A stretch of DNA of 32,000 nt from Coprobacillaceae bacterium (GTDB lineage: Bacteria > Bacillota_I > Bacilli_A > Erysipelotrichales > Coprobacillaceae): contig OY780959.1 of assembly GCA_963675915.1 (NCBI GenBank), positions 2,580,001-2,612,000 on the forward strand, written 5' to 3'. Below are positions 16,586-23,682 of the stretch, in pieces (within the stretch, counting starts at the first letter, position 1; each line of letters begins with the position of its first letter). A model generated the notes under the pieces. It was given only the letters and a program-made list of their open reading frames with translations. It made no database searches and was not told where the DNA came from. The translations under genes and the position numbers were made by a program.

Positions 16586-18025
16586 ATGAGAAAAATACCA
16601 ACAGGATTTCCGGATGATTTTTTATGGGCAGGGGCAGTAGCTGCCAATCAGATTGAAGGTGCATATGACTTGGACGGAAAGGGTTTGTGCGTCGCTGATA
16701 TCAATGAATTCAGAAATGATATTGCAATCGACAAGAAATATAACGAGGAACTTGACACCGCTTTTGTCAAAGAAGCCCTTGCGGCTGGTGAAACCAGGGT
16801 TTTCCCAAAACGCTGGGGAATTGATTTCTACCATACTTATAAGGAAGATTTGAAACTTCTTGCCGGTCTGGGACTCAAAAGCTTCAGAACCAGCATCAAT
16901 TGGGCAAGGATATTCCCGAATGGTGATGAACTAGAGCCTAATGAAAAGGGATTGCAGTTCTATGATGATCTGATTGATGAAATTGTCAGTAACGGAATGG
17001 AACCGATGATTACAATCTCCCATTATGAAATTCCTTTAAATCTGACTTTGAATTATAAAGGGTGGTACTCAAGAGAAGTAATTGAATTCTTTGAAAGATA
17101 CTGTAAAGTTCTTTTTGACCGTTATCACAGCAAGGTTAAATTGTGGATTATCGTCAATCAAATTAATTTGATTGGACATGAATCTTTCAACCATCTTGGT
17201 GTGGCAGAAGATTTGGTTGATGATGTTCAAAGTGCCAAGTATCAAGCTGTTCATAATGAGATGGTTTCATGTGCGCGGGCAACCAAATATGCTCATGAAA
17301 ACTATCCGAATCTTCAAATCGGAATGATGCTTTGCGGCGGACCTTCATATGCGGCAACCTGCAAACCCGAAGATCAGTTGGCAGCAATGCGCCACAACCA
17401 GATGGAATATTTCTTCAGTGATGTGCTGTTAAGAGGATATTACCCAGGATATGCATTCCGCTTCTTTGATGACAGGGGAATAAAGGTCGAATTTGGCGAA
17501 ACCGATGAAGAGGATCTGAAAAACACCTGTGATTTCTTCTCCTTCTCTTATTATTACACTCGCATTGTTACAAAGGAAAGTTTCGAAAATGGAAATGAGG
17601 CCATTCGTAACATGGAGTTGCCGGCAAACCCATGGGGCTGGACAATTGATCCAATCGGACTTAGAATCATGCTAAACGAGTTTTATGACCGATACCAAAA
17701 GCCGATTTACATTACTGAAAATGGAGTTGGCTATTACGACAAGCTGGAAGATGGGAAAATTCACGATAAATATCGGGTAGACTACTACCGTGATCATCTT
17801 GAACAGGTGAAAGAAGCCATCAAAGACGGCGTCGATGTACGTGGTTTCTACGCCTGGGGACCGATTGACATTGTGTCTTGTTCCTCAAGTGAGATGAGCA
17901 AGCGCTATGGTTTCATCCATGTCGATCTCGACGACTATGGTCAAGGCAGTGGCAAACGGATCAAAAAAGACAGTTATCAGTGGTATCAAAAAGTTATCGC
18001 TACTAATGGGAGTGATTTGACCTAA
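16586..18025 (+). CDS. Glycoside hydrolase family 1, 6-phospho-beta-glucosidase-like, with an atypical acid/base position (NQI instead of NEI)
   Basis: 479 aa. It has the GH1 N-terminal signature FLWAGAVAANQIEGAY and the nucleophile motif IYITENG. The expected WxTFNEIN motif reads WIIVNQIN, with codon 17159-17161 = CAA. Confidence 0.9.
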   Translation: MRKIPTGFPDDFLWAGAVAANQIEGAYDLDGKGLCVADINEFRNDIAIDKKYNEELDTAFVKEALAAGETRVFPKRWGIDFYHTYKEDLKLLAGLGLKSFRTSINWARIFPNGDELEPNEKGLQFYDDLIDEIVSNGMEPMITISHYEIPLNLTLNYKGWYSREVIEFFERYCKVLFDRYHSKVKLWIIVNQINLIGHESFNHLGVAEDLVDDVQSAKYQAVHNEMVSCARATKYAHENYPNLQIGMMLCGGPSYAATCKPEDQLAAMRHNQMEYFFSDVLLRGYYPGYAFRFFDDRGIKVEFGETDEEDLKNTCDFFSFSYYYTRIVTKESFENGNEAIRNMELPANPWGWTIDPIGLRIMLNEFYDRYQKPIYITENGVGYYDKLEDGKIHDKYRVDYYRDHLEQVKEAIKDGVDVRGFYAWGPIDIVSCSSSEMSKRYGFIHVDLDDYGQGSGKRIKKDSYQWYQKVIATNGSDLT

Positions 18026-18031
18026 GCAGAT

Positions 18032-18078
18032 AAGCTATCAGCAGTTATTCAATACTGTTGATAGCTTTTTTCTTTTTT
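18032..18078 (+). terminator. Intrinsic terminator after the PTS/GH1 operon
   Basis: AAGCTATCAGCAG (18032-18044) pairs with CTGTTGATAGCTT (18055-18067) with one G-U pair. TTTTTTCTTTTTT follows. Confidence 0.75.
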
Positions 18079-18102
18079 ACTTAAATAATATTGAAATTAC
18101 TC

Positions 18103-18133
18103 TTGACTTAAAGTCAACTACAAGGATTACTAT
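18103..18133 (+). promoter_or_regulatory. Candidate promoter with a 19-nt spacer and a perfect 7-1-7 palindrome over the -35
   Basis: TTGACT (18103-18108), 19-nt spacer, TACTAT (18128-18133). TTGACTT-A-AAGTCAA (18103-18117) is a perfect inverted repeat. Confidence 0.4.
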
Positions 18134-18220
18134 ATAGTTATGGGGTTAAAGATGAATATGTCTAAAAAGGGGATTATTACATATAGTAAAAAATGACTAT
18201 TAAAAAGAAGGAGTCTAGGA

Positions 18221-19090
18221 ATGGAAAAAGCAAAGGTTTATTTCAAAGAAGAAATAACATCGGAAAGTCTGATTCAAATTTTTAAAGCATTGGAAACTGA
18301 ATTGAAAGGTAAAGTGGCGATTAAAATATCATCAGGAGAACCGGGAGGGCACAACTTCCTTAATCCCCAGCTGATTAAAGGTTTGATCGATAAACTTGAA
18401 GGAACCATCATCGAGTGCAATACTGCATATGGCGGGAAAAGAGCAAAATCGAAAGATCACTGGCAAGCGCTTAAAGATCATGGATTCATGGATATTGCAC
18501 CTTGTGATATCATGGATGAAAACGGGGAAATCGAGTTGCCAGTAAATGGTGGAACTCACTTGACTACCAACTATGTCGGAGCTAACTTCGCCAATTATGA
18601 TTCGATGTTGGTGCTCTCACATTTCAAAGGTCATATGATGGGTGGTTTTGGCGGGGCGCTTAAAAACATGTCGATTGGTATTGCTTCAGCGAATGGGAAA
18701 GCCGTAATTCATGGTGCCGGTGAACCGGAAAAAATTTGGACTGCTGATCACGATTCATTTTTGGAATCAATGGCTGAAGCTGATAAATCGGTAGTTGAAT
18801 ACATGGGAAAAGAAAACATCCTCTACATCAATATCGCCAACAAGTTGTCAGTTGACTGTGACTGTGACGCTCATCCTGCTGATCCGGAAATGGCCGATTT
18901 GGGGATTTTCGCATCATTGGATCCTGTAGCGGTCGACCAAGCTTGTGTTGATGCGGTGTATGCATCGAAGGATGAAGGAAAAGCAGCGTTGATTGAACGG
19001 ATGGAATCAAGAAACGGAATCCATACAGTCAATACTGCTGCAAAACTAGGACTGGGTACGGTCGAATATGATCTGGTGATTCTGGCCTAA
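18221..19090 (+). CDS. DUF362 domain protein (function unknown)
   Basis: 289 aa. KVAIKISSGEPGG..., SVDCDCDAHP and LDPVAVDQACVD match my recollection of DUF362 proteins. SD GAAGGAG. Confidence 0.65.
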   Translation: MEKAKVYFKEEITSESLIQIFKALETELKGKVAIKISSGEPGGHNFLNPQLIKGLIDKLEGTIIECNTAYGGKRAKSKDHWQALKDHGFMDIAPCDIMDENGEIELPVNGGTHLTTNYVGANFANYDSMLVLSHFKGHMMGGFGGALKNMSIGIASANGKAVIHGAGEPEKIWTADHDSFLESMAEADKSVVEYMGKENILYINIANKLSVDCDCDAHPADPEMADLGIFASLDPVAVDQACVDAVYASKDEGKAALIERMESRNGIHTVNTAAKLGLGTVEYDLVILA

Positions 19091-19150
19091 CCGCTTTAAA
19101 GTGATGGCACAGGAAACCTTTAAATCAATTCCGTAATCGAGGAGGAGAAT

Positions 19151-19678
19151 ATGAAAAAAATGATTTTATCGCTGTTTTTGATATCATCCCTGGGATTGAT
19201 GACGGGATGTTCAAATCAGGCTGAATACAGTGACTCATCATCTCAAGACAATCTTGAAGTGGTGGATCAAAATACCGAAAATAATGAAGAAAATCAAAAT
19301 AATGCAAAGGAGATACAAACTAATATGATAAATATTCAAGTAGGAGACAATACAATTACCGCAACTTTGGTTGATAATTCATCTACAGCTGCTTTAAAGG
19401 ATATGTTGGCGGAGGGACCGGTAACTATTGATATGCGTGATTATGGCAATATGGAAAAAGTTGGGGCCTTCCCAACTAGTTTGCCAAGAAACGATGTCCA
19501 AATCACAACTGAACCAGGCGACTTGATTTTGTATCAGGGAAATGCTTTTGTGATTTATTATGCACCAAACTCATGGAATTTCACCAGACTTGGAAAAATC
19601 AATGATATTACAGCAACGGAATTGAAAAAATTCCTGGGAAATGGCAATGTTTCAGTTACGTTGTCCCTGGCAGAGTAA
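19151..19678 (+). CDS. Lipoprotein with a cyclophilin-like-fold domain (function unknown)
   Basis: 175 aa. The signal peptide MKKMILSLFLISSLGLMTGC contains a lipobox Cys. A low-complexity N/E/Q linker follows, then INIQVGDNTITATLVDNSSTAALKDML...GDLILYQGNAFVIYY, which is typical of the cyclophilin-like family. SD GAGGAGGAG. Confidence 0.65.
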   Translation: MKKMILSLFLISSLGLMTGCSNQAEYSDSSSQDNLEVVDQNTENNEENQNNAKEIQTNMINIQVGDNTITATLVDNSSTAALKDMLAEGPVTIDMRDYGNMEKVGAFPTSLPRNDVQITTEPGDLILYQGNAFVIYYAPNSWNFTRLGKINDITATELKKFLGNGNVSVTLSLAE

Positions 19679-19716
19679 AATCCGAGTTGCGAATTGAAAA
19701 TTATTTTTACCAAAAC

Positions 19717-19738
19717 CGCCCGCAAGGGTGTTTTTTTT
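19717..19738 (+). terminator. Short GC-stem terminator after the lipoprotein gene
   Basis: CGCCC (19717-19721), GCAA tetraloop, GGGTG (19726-19730, one G-U pair), then TTTTTTTT (19731-19738). Confidence 0.5.
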
Positions 19739-19792
19739 GGTTTCTCATGATTTTGACAGAGGCCTGCCAAAAGAGTAAATCAAGAAATTCAA

Positions 19793-19876
19793 AACTTGTG
19801 ATATGATATTGTGATATGGTATATTGTATGTAGTCAAAAAATTGACATTTATATTCAGGCATTATTTTTTTGTCAA
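19793..19876. promoter_or_regulatory. Cluster of direct and inverted repeats upstream of the four-gene operon (candidate operator array)
   Basis: TTGTGATATG occurs at 19796-19805 and 19809-19818, with a degenerate third copy ATATTGTATG at 19821-19830. GTCAA-AAAA-TTGAC lies at 19833-19846. TTGACA (19842-19847) faces TGTCAA (19871-19876). Confidence 0.4.
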
Positions 19877-19897
19877 TCAGTAATAAAAAAATATCAT
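19870..19897 (+). promoter_or_regulatory. Possible promoter of the four-gene operon
   Basis: TTGTCA (19870-19875), 16-nt spacer, TATCAT (19892-19897). This is only one of several possible readings of an AT-rich region. Confidence 0.3.
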
Positions 19898-19990
19898 TAC
19901 GATAATAATTATTCAATAAAGGCATTGGGGCTATGATTCGATATTTTTTACAGCTGATTGGAAAGGGAAAAAAGCAAGGAGGGGAAAAAT

Positions 19991-20827
19991 ATGTATGTAA
20001 AAGATGGAACATCGGTATTGAAAAGGGTTCTGATGTCTAAATCGACTTATTTGGAAGCGGCACCGATTAATGAGATAGCCAAAAAATGGTCCAGCCAGCC
20101 TTTGGATCGGGATTTGCTCAAGAGGGAGCATGAAAGCATAGTGGCGGCATATCACAAATATGGAGTCGAAGTTGTGCTGCTTGATGCCGATCCTCAAAGG
20201 CCTAACTCGGTCTTCTCGAGAGATTTTGGGGGCTGTGTAAGGGAAGGTTATATCCTGGGCAATTTCAAAGAGCCGATTCGATTCAAAGAGCGAGCGGATT
20301 ATGAAAAGAAGATGGCTGAACTAGGAATTCCCAAGATTGCTGAAGTAAAAGCGGGATTGTTTGAAGGTGGTGACTTTGCCTTTATTGATCGAAATACGAT
20401 TGCAATCGGCACAGCAGTGCGCAGTGATTTGGCGGGAATCAGGGAGAAACAAGCGGCGCTGGCGCCGTATGGGTATACCATAATTCCAGTTGCGATGGAT
20501 GAAAAATATCTGCATCTGGATTTGTGTTTCAATTTGGTGGCTGATGATTTGGCAATTGTCTGTTCAAAAGCGTTGCCGGAGTACTTTTTGAACATTCTTT
20601 ATACCAAGGGGATTGAAACAATCGACATTACCGAAGAACAGGTCTTCCAACATGGATGCAACGTTGAAGCAATCGGTGATAGAAGGGTTGTTTCCTTGAA
20701 CCAAAACCACTTTGTGAATGAGAAATTGCGGGGAAAAGGATGTACCGTGATTGAGTTGGATATTGTCGAACATTTGAAAGCCGGGGGTGGGCCGCATTGT
20801 ATGACTTTCCCACTAGAAAGGAATTAA
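19991..20827 (+). CDS. Guanidino-group-modifying enzyme superfamily hydrolase (DDAH / arginine deiminase / arginine dihydrolase-like, short form)
   Basis: ATG 19991 is preferred over the track start 19958 because AAGGAGGGG lies 6 nt upstream. 278 aa. The C-terminal GGGPHCMTFPLER resembles the catalytic-Cys motif GGGxHCMT of arginine deiminases. LHLDLCFN supplies the His and FEGGDF is also conserved. Confidence 0.85.
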   Translation: MYVKDGTSVLKRVLMSKSTYLEAAPINEIAKKWSSQPLDRDLLKREHESIVAAYHKYGVEVVLLDADPQRPNSVFSRDFGGCVREGYILGNFKEPIRFKERADYEKKMAELGIPKIAEVKAGLFEGGDFAFIDRNTIAIGTAVRSDLAGIREKQAALAPYGYTIIPVAMDEKYLHLDLCFNLVADDLAIVCSKALPEYFLNILYTKGIETIDITEEQVFQHGCNVEAIGDRRVVSLNQNHFVNEKLRGKGCTVIELDIVEHLKAGGGPHCMTFPLERN

Positions 20828-20830
20828 TAT

Positions 20831-22486
20831 ATGATTGCATTTGAGAAGTTTTTGAAAGAAGAAATGATTCAGTTAACTAAGGATCTCGTAGCCATCCCCA
20901 GTGTCAATTCGACTGCGGGAGAAAGCAAGATTGGGGATTTCATTGCCAATTACATCAGGGATATTCCTTATTTCAAGGAGAATCCAGACTATGTTTCTAT
21001 AGCCAAACTTAAGGATGATGTTCTTGAACGAAAGAACGTGATCGCTTTGTTGAAGGGGAATGGGAAGTCGAACAAAACTTTGATATTCCATGGCCATACC
21101 GATACGGTAGGAGTCAAGGATTATGGACGACTTGAAGAATATGCCTTTGATTGTGATGGGTTGATTGAAGCGCTTGAAACAGTTAACCTGGCTGAAGACA
21201 TCAAAAAGGATCTGGATTCGGGCGATTATCTTTTTGGTCGGGGAACCTGCGACATGAAAAGTGGCGATGCGGTTTTTTTGGTCCTGCTTAAGTATTTAAG
21301 TGAGAAAGCAGAACTGATCAATGGAAATATCATGGTATCATTCAATCCGGTTGAAGAGAACCTGCATACAGGAGTGATTGAATCATTACCAATCTATTCA
21401 AAATTCAAGCACCAGTATGGTCTTGAATATGTCATGGCAGTGAATAATGATTTTACCTGTCCGATGTATCCAGGTGATCAGCATCGATATATTTATGCGG
21501 GGGCGGTTGGAAAACTGCTGCCATGTTTCTACATCATGGGCAAAGAAACCCATGTGGGTCAATGTTTTGAAGGCTTGGATGCATCCATGATTGGGGCCAA
21601 AATTGTGGAGATCATGAACTGCAATCCCAAATTCTGTGATGGATATAACGGTGAGTACACCCTGCCGCCTTCAGTTTTGAAAATGAAAGACATGAAAGAT
21701 TTCTACAATGTCCAGACCGCCTATAATTCATTTGTTTATTTCAATTATTTTGTTCACAACAAGAGCATGGATGAAATAGTGGGGTTGTTAAAAGTTGTGG
21801 CCAGTGAGGCGATGGCAAAAACAATCGAACAGTTGGATTGTCGCTTCAAAGAATACTCTGCTTTGTCCGGTTTGAAATATGAGAAACTCGATTATCAAAC
21901 CAATGTGAAGACTTATGATCAATTATATGGAATGGCCAAGCAGGTCAAAGGAGATGAACTTGAAGAATTGCTGGCGACAAAAATGGCTGAAATCATGGCT
22001 GGTGAAAAAGACCAACGGGAGATTGCCTGTCAGGTAGTCAAATGGCTGACTGAAGTTGTCGAAATTCATGAACCAGGAATTGTACTCTTCTTTGCGCCAC
22101 CATATTGTCCCCACAATACTCTTAAAAAAGAGGTGCAATCGGAGCTGGATATATATGAAAAATTGGAAGATATTACGTCGGAACTTGGTGAAGAAGTTGG
22201 GGAAGTATTCAAGTTTGACCAATTTTTCCCTAGTTTGTCGGATAGCAGTTATATCAAAATAGATGATACTGAAGAGTCCATCAAATTACTCGTTGATAAC
22301 TTCCCGGGTTATGAAACCCTGTATCCGCTTCCTTTCAAGGAGATGAAGCAACTGGACATCCCGGCAGTAAACTTTGGGGTGTATGGCAAAGATGCCCACA
22401 AGTGGACCGAACGGGTAAGCATATCATACTCATTTGAAACCTTACCAAAGTTGATTTTGAAGACCATTGACAAATTCTTGGGATAG
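20831..22486 (+). CDS. M20-family metallo-amidohydrolase, RocB-like (long form, 551 aa)
   Basis: Metal and catalytic motifs are HGHTDTV, GRGTCDMKSG and NPVEEN. The size and N-terminus resemble proteins annotated as arginine utilization protein RocB. It starts 3 nt after the upstream stop. SD GAAAGGA. Confidence 0.85.
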   Translation: MIAFEKFLKEEMIQLTKDLVAIPSVNSTAGESKIGDFIANYIRDIPYFKENPDYVSIAKLKDDVLERKNVIALLKGNGKSNKTLIFHGHTDTVGVKDYGRLEEYAFDCDGLIEALETVNLAEDIKKDLDSGDYLFGRGTCDMKSGDAVFLVLLKYLSEKAELINGNIMVSFNPVEENLHTGVIESLPIYSKFKHQYGLEYVMAVNNDFTCPMYPGDQHRYIYAGAVGKLLPCFYIMGKETHVGQCFEGLDASMIGAKIVEIMNCNPKFCDGYNGEYTLPPSVLKMKDMKDFYNVQTAYNSFVYFNYFVHNKSMDEIVGLLKVVASEAMAKTIEQLDCRFKEYSALSGLKYEKLDYQTNVKTYDQLYGMAKQVKGDELEELLATKMAEIMAGEKDQREIACQVVKWLTEVVEIHEPGIVLFFAPPYCPHNTLKKEVQSELDIYEKLEDITSELGEEVGEVFKFDQFFPSLSDSSYIKIDDTEESIKLLVDNFPGYETLYPLPFKEMKQLDIPAVNFGVYGKDAHKWTERVSISYSFETLPKLILKTIDKFLG

Positions 22487-22526
22487 GATGTCAAAAGTTT
22501 GGGGAATGAAAGGATAATTGATTGCA

Positions 22527-23681
22527 ATGACAAAAAAGATAACCTTGAGTGGTGAAGGAATTGTAACGGGGAATGATGCCTTGTCATATTTGAAAAATGT
22601 TGAATATAGTAGGGCATTCATAGTCACCGGGGGCAGTTCAATGGAAAAAAATGGTTTTTTGGCACAAGTAAGGGACAATCTTGACCAGGCCGGATGCCAG
22701 AGCCTGATATATTCGGGAATCAAAATGAATCCTAGAATCCAGGAAGTCATGGATGGCGTAGCCAAGATTCGGGAATTCAATCCTGATCTGGTTATTGGGG
22801 TCGGCGGAGGATCGGCTATGGATGCTGCCAAAGCGATGCTTTTGTTTTATGAATTTGAGGATTTGACTTTTGAAAATGTGCTGGAAAAAAACATGGGCGG
22901 GAAGATACCAACCAGTCGGTCAACCGGATTGATCTGCATTCCTTCAACTTCAGGAACCGCTTCGGAAGTAACCAGGGGGACGGTGATCACTGATCCCGTT
23001 AAGAAACTTAAAGTCCCAATCATGACCGATATTCTAAGGCCGGATATTGCCATCCTGGATCCAGGTATAACCATGTCGATGCCAAAACGAATTGTGGCTG
23101 AAACCGGAATGGATGCCTTGACTCATGCGATTGAGGCTTATACAAATCACAACCTTGATGATTTTACCGAAACGATCTGCCGGGGAGCAATTGAAGGAAT
23201 TATGGAATGGCTTTTGATTTCCTATCAGGAAATGACAATTGAGAGTAGAGAAAAAGTTCAGAACTATCAGGCCATGGCGGGAATCGGATTTGCGAATGTC
23301 GGGTTGGGAATGGTCCATGGAATCGCTCATGCCTATGGAGCGATGTTTGATCTCGCGCACGGTCTCACCAATGCGATAATCTTGCCTTATGTCCTGGAAT
23401 ATAATCGCCAAAATCCGATTGTTGATAAAAAACTATGTAAACTGGAATTTCACTGCCAGTGTGACAATATCATTGAAGAAATAAATGAACTGAACAATAG
23501 GATGAAAATACCGGCTTCGTTCAAAGAGGCGGGCATCAGTGAAGAAGAATTTTTGCAATCATTTGAGTTGCTCCTTGACCATTCGATGTTGGGGGCCACC
23601 AAGGTCAATCCAGTCGAAATGGACCGGGAATCAATGCGAGAAATGGTTAATTTGGTTTATTATGGAAAGAAGGGGAAATAA
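22527..23681 (+). CDS. Iron-containing (group III) alcohol dehydrogenase
   Basis: I prefer ATG 22527, but TTG 22518 is possible. GVGGGSAMDAAKAM is the NAD-binding motif, and the metal ligands lie in MDALTHAIEAY and GMVHGIAHAYG. Confidence 0.88.
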   Translation: MTKKITLSGEGIVTGNDALSYLKNVEYSRAFIVTGGSSMEKNGFLAQVRDNLDQAGCQSLIYSGIKMNPRIQEVMDGVAKIREFNPDLVIGVGGGSAMDAAKAMLLFYEFEDLTFENVLEKNMGGKIPTSRSTGLICIPSTSGTASEVTRGTVITDPVKKLKVPIMTDILRPDIAILDPGITMSMPKRIVAETGMDALTHAIEAYTNHNLDDFTETICRGAIEGIMEWLLISYQEMTIESREKVQNYQAMAGIGFANVGLGMVHGIAHAYGAMFDLAHGLTNAIILPYVLEYNRQNPIVDKKLCKLEFHCQCDNIIEEINELNNRMKIPASFKEAGISEEEFLQSFELLLDHSMLGATKVNPVEMDRESMREMVNLVYYGKKGK

Positions 23682-23682
23682 A

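Noticed and set aside
19679-19990. Guanidine (ykkC-type) or other riboswitch, or T-box, in the long leader of the guanidino-hydrolase operon
   Set aside because: The region is very AT-rich, with no GC-supported helices, no conserved ykkC-like ACGR/GGGA elements that I can recognise, and no terminator/antiterminator pair.
22442-23411. Minus-strand ORFs of 129 and 125 aa (22442-22831 and 23034-23411)
   Set aside because: They lie antisense to the M20 and Fe-ADH genes, which have full catalytic motif sets. They have no SDs and no recognisable domains.
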